This document shows positions 11,190-21,354 of a DNA stretch of 64,000 bases, piece by piece. Positions within the stretch are counted from its first letter, which is position 1. Each line of letters opens with the position of its first letter. Source of the DNA: an uncultured Desulfosarcina sp. (GTDB lineage Bacteria; Desulfobacterota; Desulfobacteria; Desulfobacterales; Desulfosarcinaceae); NCBI GenBank assembly GCA_963674945.2, contig CAXXWQ010000003.1:1824001-1888000 (forward strand), written 5' to 3'. The position numbers and the translations under genes were made by a program. Below the pieces are notes generated by a model. It was not told the DNA's origin. It saw nothing but the letters and a program-made list of their open reading frames with translations, and did not search any database.

Positions 11190-12392
11190 TTAGTATATGT
11201 TCATTGCGTCACGTAACCGTAAAACCGCCAGCAAAAGTTCCGCGCCATCCACCGTTGCGTCCGGTCGAAAGGCCCCGGAAAGCCCGGACTCCATTAGATT
11301 TCGGCTGACGGCATTCATCACGGCATTGAACCAAGGTGAATTCGGCGATACATCCGGAAACGGCGATTTTTTCTGCCCGAAAAAAGCCGTGGGAATGGTC
11401 TCATCTCCCGTAATTTTTGTGAGTACGTCTTCGAGGATGAATGCCAGCTCTTTGCGTTTGATGTTACCATCCGGAACGAAAAGATAGGCACGCGTGGTTT
11501 CATCATAAGCAGGTTCCAAGCCCCGCAAATTCCACTTCAGGACGGTCATGACCTCGGACTGGAAAGGATGATTGACCACGTCGGCTGGTGTGAAATCGGC
11601 CTTGGGATCTGTGCCGGGTACGGGAATGCGACCCGCCATCAGACGGTCCAGGTGAATTTCGTCAACCAAAAGGGCCGCCACATCCGATCGAACCACTTCA
11701 TCCTTGATGGCAATCTTCCCGGCCACGTCCGTCAGTGTGTAGTTTGCCATGGCCCGGACGATCTTATGGACCTTCTTGAAAAGTGCAGCGGCCGGCTGAT
11801 GCCATCTCCCCGGAGGTGCCTTCGTGACATTGGACAAAAGATCCTCGGCATCCCTGAAATGCAATGCCCGAAAGGCAGCCAATCCCATGAAGTAGTCTTT
11901 CGCCTCTTCGCCGCGATAATAGAGGAGCTCTCCCCGATCCACATGTTTCAATCGTGAAGTACGATCATAAAGGTCCTGGGCCTCCTCGATCCAATCTTTG
12001 GGTTTCCCATGGGTGAAAACCCGGATTCCCGTCACCCAGACCGAAAACTTTTCACTGTCGCTGTCCGCGAACCCCTTCGCGTCGTCAAAAAATTCCATGG
12101 CCCGTTCCCATTCCACGGACCGATGGTTCCCATCGTCATAGCCCTCTGCCTTCATGGCGGAAACGAGAGCCATGCCGGCGTGGGCTTGCGGATATTCGGG
12201 ATCCAGCTGGATGGCGCGTTTGAAATGCGATTCTGCCTGGCCGATATCACCCTTGTCCAAAAGGTCCATCCCCTGCAGGAAATGATGAGGCGGATTGTCT
12301 TCTGCGGACATGGGGATTATGCCCTTGGTCGCACATCCGGAAATTGCCAAAACCAATGTAATAAAAGAAAAAAATATCAGAAACCGTTTCAT
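11190..12392 (-). CDS. Lipoprotein with TPR repeats and C-terminal S-layer homology (SLH) domains
   Basis: Lipobox LAISGC; TPR (AESHFKRAIQLDPEYPQAH); SLH-like FPDVSPNSPWFNAV..AVSRNLM.....FRPDATVDGAE; strong GGGAGG RBS. Confidence 0.8.
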   Translation of the reverse strand: MKRFLIFFSFITLVLAISGCATKGIIPMSAEDNPPHHFLQGMDLLDKGDIGQAESHFKRAIQLDPEYPQAHAGMALVSAMKAEGYDDGNHRSVEWERAMEFFDDAKGFADSDSEKFSVWVTGIRVFTHGKPKDWIEEAQDLYDRTSRLKHVDRGELLYYRGEEAKDYFMGLAAFRALHFRDAEDLLSNVTKAPPGRWHQPAAALFKKVHKIVRAMANYTLTDVAGKIAIKDEVVRSDVAALLVDEIHLDRLMAGRIPVPGTDPKADFTPADVVNHPFQSEVMTVLKWNLRGLEPAYDETTRAYLFVPDGNIKRKELAFILEDVLTKITGDETIPTAFFGQKKSPFPDVSPNSPWFNAVMNAVSRNLMESGLSGAFRPDATVDGAELLLAVLRLRDAMNIY

Positions 12393-12668
12393 TCTTCCTC
12401 CCTTGTCTCCTTTTGTTCGTTTATCGCGGTTCGTGATCGAACATCCATGGTACGAAAAACCGATTTTGGCCTTCTCAAAAGCCCCGCCGCTGGTGAAAGG
12501 GGACTCTGTGTCGAGAATCTTTGAAGAAAGAACATCCTGATTTTAAATTGTAAACTGTACGACCATTTGCTGCCTGAATGAGAAAGGATCCCGCGTCCCG
12601 AAACGTTTTCAAATATCGAAAACGCTGCTTATACGGTAGCACGGCAGGACCGGTTTACACAAAATGAG

Positions 12669-12697
12669 AGTATGACAAGAATGGACCTTCATGTCAA
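12669..12697 (-). promoter_or_regulatory. Putative sigma-70 promoter of the envelope operon
   Basis: TTGACA-N17-CATACT on the minus strand, overlapped by an imperfect inverted repeat (AGAGTATGACA...TGTCAATTACTCT). Confidence 0.5.
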
Positions 12698-12759
12698 TTA
12701 CTCTTTCTCTGGTCCGAGGTGGTTGCATTGTGGTTTTATGAATTTGAAAGAATGGATGA

Positions 12760-13734
12760 TCAGGCTAAAAGTGAGAAAATGATCAATGGCAGTGCGTTGT
12801 AGTTGAATTTCACGATCGTTACGCCTGCAAGAAGATAAAAGGCCTTTTTCATGTGCTTGTCGTTCACCCGCTGCCAGATCGTCTCGACTGCCCTGCCGGC
12901 ACGAAGCCTGATCACATTTTTGCTGTAACGGACATTTTTTTCAAACAAATCCGGACAGTTGGTTATGCTATGTTTCAGCTTCGTGCCATTTGACTGGATT
13001 TTTTTCAGCAACTTGGTCTCGGCCCCCATCACCTTGGTATCTTTGCGACGCAAGGCATCCAGGAAGGCCGTTCGGCTGGAAGCGCAGGCGGAATAGGTCA
13101 CCGCACTTCCCATCTGTTGAACCTTGTGACCGTCGCTTCCACCGGTGACGCAGCGATCGAGATTGAACCCCAAAAGGGCACTTTTCATATTCCAGCGCTT
13201 TAGATTCTCCGAATTGATCACCTCTACGCCGTCGGCCATATGCAGAAGCCGGTGGAGGCGTGAAGGAGAAAAGCTATGGTTGCAAACCCCTGTAAATGCC
13301 GCCGAATAGGGATGCGGGAAAATTACCACGCCGTCGTATTTTCTGGCACATTGAACAATGGACATCACATCCAGACCGATTGAAGACATTACCGTTGGCC
13401 CCATATGCGGCTGGATTTCCTGGACAAAAAAGGCTTTCAGGTCGTCTATCCGGCAAAAATAGACCAGCACGTGGGTCCCTTCCCGTGAGGTCACCTCGAT
13501 TCCGGGAATGCTGAGAATGTCCTTGTAACCGTCGATTTCGACGGCACCAGCGATGGCGTTGTGGTCGGTAATGGCGATACCGATTCCCAACTCCCGGGCA
13601 CGATCCGCGATCTGGGGTATGGTATCGGCACCATCGGAATAGTGTGAATGAAAGTGCAGGTCGACTACGGTGTGGCGGTTTTTCAGGCTTTCCAGATTCG
13701 GAGTTTCAAATTGAATGCGGTTGGAATTGTCCAT
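12760..13734 (-). CDS. PHP-domain metal-dependent phosphoesterase
   Basis: DLHFHSHYSDG, AITDHN, PGIEV, HVLVY, FPHPY, GGSDGH. Confidence 0.9.
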   Translation of the reverse strand: MDNSNRIQFETPNLESLKNRHTVVDLHFHSHYSDGADTIPQIADRARELGIGIAITDHNAIAGAVEIDGYKDILSIPGIEVTSREGTHVLVYFCRIDDLKAFFVQEIQPHMGPTVMSSIGLDVMSIVQCARKYDGVVIFPHPYSAAFTGVCNHSFSPSRLHRLLHMADGVEVINSENLKRWNMKSALLGFNLDRCVTGGSDGHKVQQMGSAVTYSACASSRTAFLDALRRKDTKVMGAETKLLKKIQSNGTKLKHSITNCPDLFEKNVRYSKNVIRLRAGRAVETIWQRVNDKHMKKAFYLLAGVTIVKFNYNALPLIIFSLLA

Positions 13735-13786
13735 GCTTTTCCTTTACAGGGCAGCAGCGTGAATACAGGTGCGGTTCAAATCGTAA

Positions 13787-13814
13787 ATTGTAAGCAACCT
13801 GCCCCATGTGTCAA
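13787..13814 (-). promoter_or_regulatory. Putative sigma-70 promoter of the PHP gene
   Basis: TTGACA-N16-TACAAT about 50 nt upstream of the ATG. Confidence 0.55.
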
Positions 13815-13997
13815 CTCTTTTTTTTCCGGGATGCGGTAGGATATCGTTTTTACCTTCGTATAATATCGGCACCAAGATCATTTTCTTTACAAAATTCGTT
13901 TCCGTAAGAAATCAATGGCCGGAAGGCGCCTGTCAAAGGCCTTGTCCCCTGTTTGGATCAGGCTTGAATTTGATAATGGAGGTGCTTATACTGAATC

Positions 13998-15785
13998 ATG
14001 ATGAACGAATACAATGAAAAAATACCCGACCCCAAGGAACTCGAAAAAGAACTCGGCGATTTTCTGGCAAAGAAATTTGGCGGCAGCGTTAAGTTGGCGA
14101 CACCCATCGTCATGCCCCAACCAGCCAAAACCGACGAAGCTGATTCACCAAAAAAGAAGCAAAAAACCATCAATTTCGATTTAAAGCCCAAGGACCTGAT
14201 CTCATACCTGGATCAATACATCGTCAAGCAAACACAGGCCAAGGACATACTGGCGACGAAGGTCTGTACCCATTTTAATCGCATCAAACACATCCAAAGC
14301 ACTTTCGACGATTTCACCGACATGGTCGGTGTCATCAAAAACAACGTGCTGATGCTGGGTCCCACCGGCGTGGGAAAGACCTACATGGTGCGCCTGATCG
14401 CAAAAAAAATCGGTGTCCCGTTTGTCAAGGGCGATGCAACCAAGTTCAGCGAGACAGGCTATGTGGGTGGCGATGTCGAAGACCTGGTCCGTGATCTCGT
14501 CAAAGAGGCAGGTGGAGACATCGAGTTGGCCCAGTATGGAATCATTTACATTGACGAGATCGATAAGATCGCCTCCAGCCAGAACCTTATCGGGGCGGAT
14601 GTCTCCCGGACCGGTGTCCAGCGGGCGTTGCTCAAACCCATGGAAGAAACCGATGTGGACCTGAAAGTTCCCCACGACCCGGTTTCCATGCTCCAGGAAA
14701 TCGACCGATTCAGAAAAACCGGGAAAAAAGAGAAAAGCAGTATCAACACGAAACATATTCTGTTTATCATGAGCGGTGCCTTTTCCGGACTGGAAAAAAT
14801 CATCTCTCGTCGCATTGCCGACCAGAAAATCGGCTTCGGCGCTTCGATCTCCACACCAACCGAAAAGATCGACATGCTCACGAAGGTAAAATCGGAGGAT
14901 CTCGTGTCCTTCGGATTCGAATCGGAGTTTGTCGGCCGCCTCCCCGTTCGCACCGTATTCGAACACCTCACGGAAAAAGACCTTTTCGACATCTTACAGA
15001 ATCCGAACAACCCGATTGTGTTGGGGAAAAAGCTCGATTTTGCCGCCTACGGCATTGACGTCAAATTTCAAACCGAAGCATTGGAACTGATAGCCCTTCG
15101 TGCCCATGGCGAAAACACCGGTGCACGGGGTTTGGTCAGTGCCGTTGAAGGGGCGCTGCTGCCATTTGAAAAGGCACTGCCCTCCAGCACGGTGACAAAC
15201 TTTGCCGTGACCCGGCAGGTGATCGAAAGCCCCGATGCGCATCTGAATCATTTGTTGGCAAATCCTGACGCCGCGGAATTCCGGCAAATCTTCGATGAAC
15301 TTTCCAAGCAGGAGTCAGAGCGAATCGTCAACTATGTTTCTGCGAATCGAATTACCTTTGGCGAAAAATACGGTATTCAATTAACGGATTCGAGAATCCA
15401 GCTTGCCGCCAAAACCTATAGTCTGCAGATCACGGACATGGATCGGGTGATGCAAAAGCTCAAAGCCCATTATGAAGAAACGAAAACCATAGAACTTTAC
15501 TTTATCAAGAATCATGGTATTAACATCGTCCTGGAGGAAGATGCCATCGACCATATTATCGAAAAATGCCTGACCCACCGACAGACGCCGGAAGGGTACT
15601 ATCGTAACTTGAAGGCGGATTTTGAATACGGCTTGAAATTGGTTCGGGAAAAGACGGGTCGAACCCGTTTCTTTATCACGAAAAACGCGCTGGAAAATCC
15701 AGAGCACTTCATCGCCGATCTCCTTCAGCAAAATGAGGGTGGCCTCCATCTGCTCCCAGACAACCAAAACCTTCCAAAAGGCTAA
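13998..15785 (+). CDS. ClpX-like AAA+ ATPase lacking the N-terminal Zn finger and carrying a C-terminal extension
   Basis: Walker A GPTGVGKT, DATKFSETGYVGGDVE, Walker B IYIDEIDK, IGF loop (KIGFGA), EFVGRLP, TGARGL. Confidence 0.85.
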   Translation: MMNEYNEKIPDPKELEKELGDFLAKKFGGSVKLATPIVMPQPAKTDEADSPKKKQKTINFDLKPKDLISYLDQYIVKQTQAKDILATKVCTHFNRIKHIQSTFDDFTDMVGVIKNNVLMLGPTGVGKTYMVRLIAKKIGVPFVKGDATKFSETGYVGGDVEDLVRDLVKEAGGDIELAQYGIIYIDEIDKIASSQNLIGADVSRTGVQRALLKPMEETDVDLKVPHDPVSMLQEIDRFRKTGKKEKSSINTKHILFIMSGAFSGLEKIISRRIADQKIGFGASISTPTEKIDMLTKVKSEDLVSFGFESEFVGRLPVRTVFEHLTEKDLFDILQNPNNPIVLGKKLDFAAYGIDVKFQTEALELIALRAHGENTGARGLVSAVEGALLPFEKALPSSTVTNFAVTRQVIESPDAHLNHLLANPDAAEFRQIFDELSKQESERIVNYVSANRITFGEKYGIQLTDSRIQLAAKTYSLQITDMDRVMQKLKAHYEETKTIELYFIKNHGINIVLEEDAIDHIIEKCLTHRQTPEGYYRNLKADFEYGLKLVREKTGRTRFFITKNALENPEHFIADLLQQNEGGLHLLPDNQNLPKG

Positions 15786-15792
15786 AATCCCT

Positions 15793-16980
15793 ATGATTGG
15801 CATATCAAAGCTGTACTGCGGAACCGTGGAACCTTCGGATGCACTCCGTTACGGTCGTCACTCGTCTACGTTGCCATCTCACCTTCTGCAATTTTCCAAG
15901 GACAAACGACCCGTGGTGGTATGGAACGTGACACAAAAATGTAACCTGCGTTGCGTTCACTGTTATGCCCAAGCCACGGAAGATTGTGTGACAAACGAAC
16001 TTTCCACCGAAGAAGGCAAGCGGTTGATCGATGATCTGGCACAGTTTGGAGCGCCGGTAATGCTCTTTTCCGGCGGTGAACCCCTGGCAAGGCGTGATCT
16101 TCCCGAATTGGCCGCCTACGCCGTCGAGAAGGGCATGCGGGCGGTGATCTCAACCAACGGAACATTAATCACCGCCGATCTGGCCAGAACGCTCAAATCC
16201 ATCGGACTGTCTTACGTCGGCATCAGTTTGGATGGCATGAGGGAGATCAACGACCGGTTCCGGGGGGTATCCGGTGCCTTCGACAAAGCCATGACGGGCA
16301 TTGAAAATTGTCAAACCGCCGGTATAAAGGTGGGACTGCGCTTCACCATCAACAAATTCAACGTAGATGAAATTCCGGCAATTTTCGATCTCTTGGAAGA
16401 GCGGGACATTCCCCGGGTCTGTTTCTATCACCTGGTCTATGCAGGAAGAGGGTCCAAGATGGTGGAAGAGGATTTGAGTCTGGCGGGAACCCGCAAAGCC
16501 GTGGATCTGATCATCGACCGGACCAAGACACTTTGCGACAAGGGTATATTCAAGGAAGTGCTGACCGTGGACAACCATGCCGACGGCCCCTATCTCTACC
16601 TGCGACTGTTGAAGGAAAATCCGGAACGTGCGGATCAAGTCCTCGAGCTGCTCAAAATGAACGAGGGAAACAACTCCGGCCGAGGCATCGGTTGCGTTAG
16701 CTGGGATGGCGAAGTCTATGCCGACCAGTTCTGGCGCCACCATAGTTTTGGAAACGTTCGCAAAAGGCCGTTTTCCCAAATCTGGACCCGGCCGGAAGAC
16801 GATCTTTTGCTAAAGCTCAAGGAAAAAAAGGCCCATGTGAAAGGTCGCTGTGCCTCATGCAGGTGGCTGGATGTGTGTGGCGGAAACTTCCGCGTTCGCG
16901 CAGAAGCGGTTACCGGAGACGTATGGGCCCCGGATCCGGCCTGCTATCTATCCGATGAAGAGATCTCCCAGACGCTGTAG
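15793..16980 (+). CDS. ahbC: 12,18-didecarboxysiroheme deacetylase (radical SAM/SPASM)
   Basis: [11 protein letters not shown]-terminus, [22 protein letters not shown] cysteines; next to hemB and ahbD. Confidence 0.92.
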   Translation: MIGISKLYCGTVEPSDALRYGRHSSTLPSHLLQFSKDKRPVVVWNVTQKCNLRCVHCYAQATEDCVTNELSTEEGKRLIDDLAQFGAPVMLFSGGEPLARRDLPELAAYAVEKGMRAVISTNGTLITADLARTLKSIGLSYVGISLDGMREINDRFRGVSGAFDKAMTGIENCQTAGIKVGLRFTINKFNVDEIPAIFDLLEERDIPRVCFYHLVYAGRGSKMVEEDLSLAGTRKAVDLIIDRTKTLCDKGIFKEVLTVDNHADGPYLYLRLLKENPERADQVLELLKMNEGNNSGRGIGCVSWDGEVYADQFWRHHSFGNVRKRPFSQIWTRPEDDLLLKLKEKKAHVKGRCASCRWLDVCGGNFRVRAEAVTGDVWAPDPACYLSDEEISQTL

Positions 16981-17003
16981 ACAAGAAAGCCAGGAGTGAA
17001 TAT

Positions 17004-17978
17004 ATGTTGTTTCCCGACTATCGCCCCAGACGACTACGACGAAATGAAACCATACGAAAGATGGTCCGAGAGACGGTGCTAACCGTCAACGACTTGGTTC
17101 TCCCGCTGTTTGCCATTGATGGCAAGGACGTGAAAAATCCCATCGACTCCATGCCCGGCAACTATCAGCTCTCTGTCGACAATCTTGAAAAAGTGGCCAA
17201 ACAGGCCTTCGACATGGGAATTCCCGGCGTGATTCTGTTCGGCATCCCATCCAAAAAAGATCCTTTGGGCACCCAGGCCTATGCGAAGAACGGAATCGTG
17301 CAAAAAACGGTCCGCGCCCTGAAGGACAAAATTCCGGAGTTGGTGATCATCACCGACGTCTGCCTGTGTGAATATACCGATCACGGTCATTGCGGCTTCG
17401 TCGACAATGGACACGTGGACAACGACGCCACGTTGGACCTGCTGGCCAAAACCGCCTTGTCCCACGCCCAGGCCGGAGCGGATATGGTGGCTCCGTCGGA
17501 CATGATGGATGGACGAGTGGCGGAGATTCGGTCGGTACTGGATGAAAACGACTTTTCACAGATTCCCATCATGTCCTACGCGGCCAAATACTGCTCCGCA
17601 TTCTACGGTCCATTTCGCGAGGCTGCGGAAAGTGCCCCGAAATTCGGCGACCGCCGAACCTATCAGATGGATCCGGCCAATGCCAGGGAGGCCATCCGGG
17701 AAGTGACCATGGACGTGGAGGAAGGCGCCGATATTATTATGGTAAAACCAGCCCTGGCCTATCTTGACATTATCAGTCGGGTCCGCGACGAAGTGGACCT
17801 TCCCGTTGCCGCTTATAATGTCAGCGGTGAGTTTTCCATGATCAAGGCGGCTGAAAAAATGGGCTGGATCGATGGTCCCAAGGTGATGATGGAAACGCTC
17901 ACTGCCATCAAGAGAGCCGGCGCCGATATTATATTGACCTATTTTGCCATGGAAGCTGCGGCCCTGATCAGCGACTGA
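17004..17978 (+). CDS. hemB: Porphobilinogen synthase
   Basis: [20 protein letters not shown]n site, [23 protein letters not shown]. Confidence 0.97.
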   Translation: MLFPDYRPRRLRRNETIRKMVRETVLTVNDLVLPLFAIDGKDVKNPIDSMPGNYQLSVDNLEKVAKQAFDMGIPGVILFGIPSKKDPLGTQAYAKNGIVQKTVRALKDKIPELVIITDVCLCEYTDHGHCGFVDNGHVDNDATLDLLAKTALSHAQAGADMVAPSDMMDGRVAEIRSVLDENDFSQIPIMSYAAKYCSAFYGPFREAAESAPKFGDRRTYQMDPANAREAIREVTMDVEEGADIIMVKPALAYLDIISRVRDEVDLPVAAYNVSGEFSMIKAAEKMGWIDGPKVMMETLTAIKRAGADIILTYFAMEAAALISD

Positions 17979-17996
17979 CAGTAAAAGGTAAAAACC

Positions 17997-19109
17997 ATGT
18001 CCCCACATCCCCATACAGACAAACCTGCCGGGCCACACGCTCCCGGAAAGAAAAACACCTTGCGACTCGTGGCCTGGGAGACCACGAGAAACTGCAATCT
18101 CTCTTGCATTCATTGCCGTGCCTCCGCCACCAACGGCCCCTATACGGGAGAATTATCGACGGATCAGGCCTTTCGCCTGTTGGACCAGATCGCCGAAGTG
18201 GCAAAACCGATCATCATTCTCACCGGTGGTGAACCGCTATTGCGAAATGATATCTTCGACATTGCCGAATATGGCGATGGATTGGGGCTTCGAATGGTCA
18301 TGGCGCCAAACGGGACCTTGATCACCCGAGAAGTTGCCCATCGGATGGCGGCTTCCGGTATCCAGCGCATCAGCGCCAGTATTGACGGGGCGACAAAAGC
18401 GGTCCACGACCGATTCCGCGGCGTTGACGGTGCATTCGATGCCGCCATCAAGGGAATCGAGCATGTGAAGGCTGCGGGGATCGAATTTCAGATCAACACC
18501 ACCATCACCAAATCCAATCTGGAACAGATTCCCAAGATTCTCGAATTGGCCGAAGAGTTGGGTGCAGTGGCACATCATATTTTCTTGTTGGTTCCCACGG
18601 GAAGGGGAAAGTACATCGTCGATCAGGCCATCGATGCGAAGGCATACGAAGAGACGCTAAATTGGTTTTACGACCAACGGGAAAAGACCACTTTGCAGCT
18701 AAAGGCCACGTGTGCCCCCCATTATTACCGTATTCTCCGTCAACGGGCCAAGGCGGAAGGAAAAACCATTTCTTTTCAAAGCCATGGACTCGATGCCGTC
18801 ACGAGGGGTTGTCTTGCCGGTACGGGATTCTGTTTCATTTCCCACACCGGCATCGTGCAGCCGTGCGGGTACACGGATGTGGCGTGTGGCGATATCACCA
18901 AGACCGACTTTGCAGCGGTGTGGAACCACGCCCCTGTTTTTCAGAGGCTTCGCGATTTTCGGCAATTAGAGGGAAAATGCGGACGTTGCGAATACCGTGC
19001 CGTCTGCGGCGGATGCCGCGCACGGGCATTCGAGGCAACTGGCAATTACATGGCCGAAGAACCTTTGTGCGCCTATCAACCGGAAAAAGCCGCACCATCC
19101 ATTGCATGA
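17997..19109 (+). CDS. ahbD: AdoMet-dependent heme b synthase (radical SAM/SPASM)
   Basis: LRLVAWETTRNCNLSCIHCRA, FLLVPTGRG, LKATCAPHYYR, GCLAG.GFCFISH.G.VQPCGY. Confidence 0.92.
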   Translation: MSPHPHTDKPAGPHAPGKKNTLRLVAWETTRNCNLSCIHCRASATNGPYTGELSTDQAFRLLDQIAEVAKPIIILTGGEPLLRNDIFDIAEYGDGLGLRMVMAPNGTLITREVAHRMAASGIQRISASIDGATKAVHDRFRGVDGAFDAAIKGIEHVKAAGIEFQINTTITKSNLEQIPKILELAEELGAVAHHIFLLVPTGRGKYIVDQAIDAKAYEETLNWFYDQREKTTLQLKATCAPHYYRILRQRAKAEGKTISFQSHGLDAVTRGCLAGTGFCFISHTGIVQPCGYTDVACGDITKTDFAAVWNHAPVFQRLRDFRQLEGKCGRCEYRAVCGGCRARAFEATGNYMAEEPLCAYQPEKAAPSIA

Positions 19110-19167
19110 CGGCTCCGTAAAAAGTCCTTTTAACTTGTGTTAATGAACGAGTCCCTTAGAAGTCCGA

Positions 19168-19785
19168 TTAATAGGCACGCAGTTGGAAGCTGATTTGCCG
19201 GTGAAGGCGATTGATTAGATCTTTCATGATTTCAGATTGATAATCGGTAATCGACATAAACTGCACCCCAACGCCATCTTCCTCTTGGCGAACAACGCAC
19301 CCTTTCAATTTCAAGGACAGATGATCGTCTGTGATGGTGAAACAGATGGAGAGACGCTGCCCCGTGTCGAAGCGCTCGAAACTTTCCACGAACATGCCCC
19401 CGACACTGATATCCATGGCGAAACAGTTGATGGCCCTTCCATTGGTCACCAGGTCCAAGGTAATTTGGCAGGGAACCCGTGGGTACTGCCGGAGCATGGC
19501 GAACTGTTTCTCTTCGTACCGTTTCATGAAATGAATCAGGTCCTGTTCCGACAATTGATGTATCAATAAAAATATGCGGGCAACGAGCAGTTGTCGATCT
19601 TTCATGTCTACACGATTACCCTTTCGAAATTTTGGTATCTGCAGCAATTCAGACTTTTCACGAACGCCCAGGTCCGAAAAAAGGGGAAGCACCGACACCA
19701 ATTGTTCATCCGTCATTTTGTAGATAGCGATGGAAAGACGGGTGACAAGCTTTTTCAGATTCGCCTGTCCGATGGTATCTTTCAT
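19168..19785 (-). CDS. PilZ-domain (c-di-GMP-binding) protein
   Basis: RQYPR (RxxxR) and DISVGG (D/NxSxxG) motifs, then VVR...GVGVQF; start codon uncertain (19785 or 19800). Confidence 0.8.
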   Translation of the reverse strand: MKDTIGQANLKKLVTRLSIAIYKMTDEQLVSVLPLFSDLGVREKSELLQIPKFRKGNRVDMKDRQLLVARIFLLIHQLSEQDLIHFMKRYEEKQFAMLRQYPRVPCQITLDLVTNGRAINCFAMDISVGGMFVESFERFDTGQRLSICFTITDDHLSLKLKGCVVRQEEDGVGVQFMSITDYQSEIMKDLINRLHRQISFQLRAY

Positions 19786-20257
19786 CGATACGATCTCCAT
19801 ATATGGGTACAAAAACGAAAAAGATTTTATCTCCAATGCAAGAAAAAGATCAAGTATCAATGAAATGATACGATATAGAACTAAACGAGCTTACGATGGG
19901 ATCGAAAATCCGTTTCCATAGATGTAGCGTTTTGGCCGAAGGTTTCGAACCCAAATGATCATTTAAAAAAAACGGATTGCCGATGAAAGCGTTATTGAAA
20001 CAGGCATTAGAAATAATAAAAAGCTTGAAAAATCAATAACAAAAAGGGTATTAGAGATAATTACACCTTTTATGACCTTCCCACATCGATATGATTCGTT
20101 TTTGTAACGGCAAGAGGCGAAACCAATCGCCCGGGGGAAAGAATCGTAAGTTACAATGGTGGCGAGACAAGCCTCCAAACCAATACAGATACCGGTGAGG
20201 GCTTGGATGAGGCGGTCACTTTCAAGACAGAATTGAACTAGCAAGGAGGAAGAGACT

Positions 20258-20653
20258 TTGTCGTATATCCTTGATCAAGAGCAACTGGACGGTTTGGAAG
20301 AAGCGTTGACTTCCGATTTGATGACGCTGGGTCTGCAATCCGTTATCCTCATTGACATGGCCGGCAATGTCATCGTTAACCTTGATGATGGCAATGTGCA
20401 CCATGATGTCTATTCCTTGGCGGCATTGGCGGCCGGAAATTTTGGTGCCGTGAACGCGATGGCTTCCATCATCGGTGAAGAAGAGTTCTCCCTTCTCTTT
20501 CATAAAGGAAAGAGCGAGAACATAAACTTCACGAAAATCATGGATGATTTTCTTCTGGTGTCAATTTTCGGAAACGATGTTTCATTGGGGTATTTAAGGC
20601 TTAAAATCGATGAGGTGATAAAGAAAATCAAGGAGCTGATTAATCGGGCGTAG
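20258..20653 (+). CDS. mglB: Roadblock/LC7 protein, MglB-type GTPase-activating partner
   Basis: LIDMAGNVI, SLAALAAGNFGA..AMA.IIGEEEFSLLFHKG; TTG start after AAGGAGG; directly upstream of mglA. Confidence 0.85.
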   Translation: MSYILDQEQLDGLEEALTSDLMTLGLQSVILIDMAGNVIVNLDDGNVHHDVYSLAALAAGNFGAVNAMASIIGEEEFSLLFHKGKSENINFTKIMDDFLLVSIFGNDVSLGYLRLKIDEVIKKIKELINRA

Positions 20654-20737
20654 CATGAAAGCCCCATCACGTAATTGAATCGGCCCTTTTTTCGCCGGGC
20701 TGTACTACCCGAATCCAATCAAATACGGGACGAAAGC

Positions 20738-21343
20738 ATGGCGTTCATCAATACAAAGACGAAGGAAGTTCAGGTAAAAATTGTCTATGTAGGTCCCGGA
20801 AGGGGAGGCAAAACGACCAATCTGGAGTATATCTTCAGCAAGATTCGTCATCGCATCGAATCGGATATGGTCAGTATCAAAACCCAGGGAGACCGGACCT
20901 TATTCTTCGATTTTTTGCCCTTTGAATTAGGTGTTATCAAAGATTACTACGTGAAAACACAGTTGTATACGGTTCCTGGCCAAATCAAGTACAATGCAAC
21001 CCGAAAACTCGTATTGAAAGGCGTGGACGGAATTGTTTTCGTTGCAGACTCCTTGGTTGAACGACGGGAAAACAATATTCATTCTCTGGAAAATTTGGAA
21101 AGTAATTTACAATTTCACGAACTCGACATCAATACGATTCCAATTGTTTTTCAATATAACAAACGCGACATGGCAAAACAGGGCATTCCGATTCTCGATG
21201 TTGAGACCATGGAGAAAGACCTCAACGAAAAACTAAAGGCGCCAAGTTTCACTGCCAGTGCCCTGACGGGAGAAAATGTCGTTCATACTGCGAAAGCCGC
21301 TATCTCGCGGACAATTGTGGCGGTCCGGGATAAACTTCTTTAG
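20738..21343 (+). CDS. mglA: MglA-family small GTPase
   Basis: KIVYVGPGRGGKTTNL, DRTLFFDFLP, YTVPGQ, NATR, NKRD, ASA. Confidence 0.92.
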   Translation: MAFINTKTKEVQVKIVYVGPGRGGKTTNLEYIFSKIRHRIESDMVSIKTQGDRTLFFDFLPFELGVIKDYYVKTQLYTVPGQIKYNATRKLVLKGVDGIVFVADSLVERRENNIHSLENLESNLQFHELDINTIPIVFQYNKRDMAKQGIPILDVETMEKDLNEKLKAPSFTASALTGENVVHTAKAAISRTIVAVRDKLL

Positions 21344-21354
21344 GAGGTGCCGAA

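Noticed and set aside
19107..19165. TGACGGCTCCGTAAAAAGTCC, resembling the end of a small mobile repeat
   Set aside because: No matching inverted partner end nearby; at most a remnant.
20100..20230. Possible c-di-GMP-I riboswitch upstream of mglB
   Set aside because: The GGCAAAC/GAAA/GACGCAAAG core is not properly matched.
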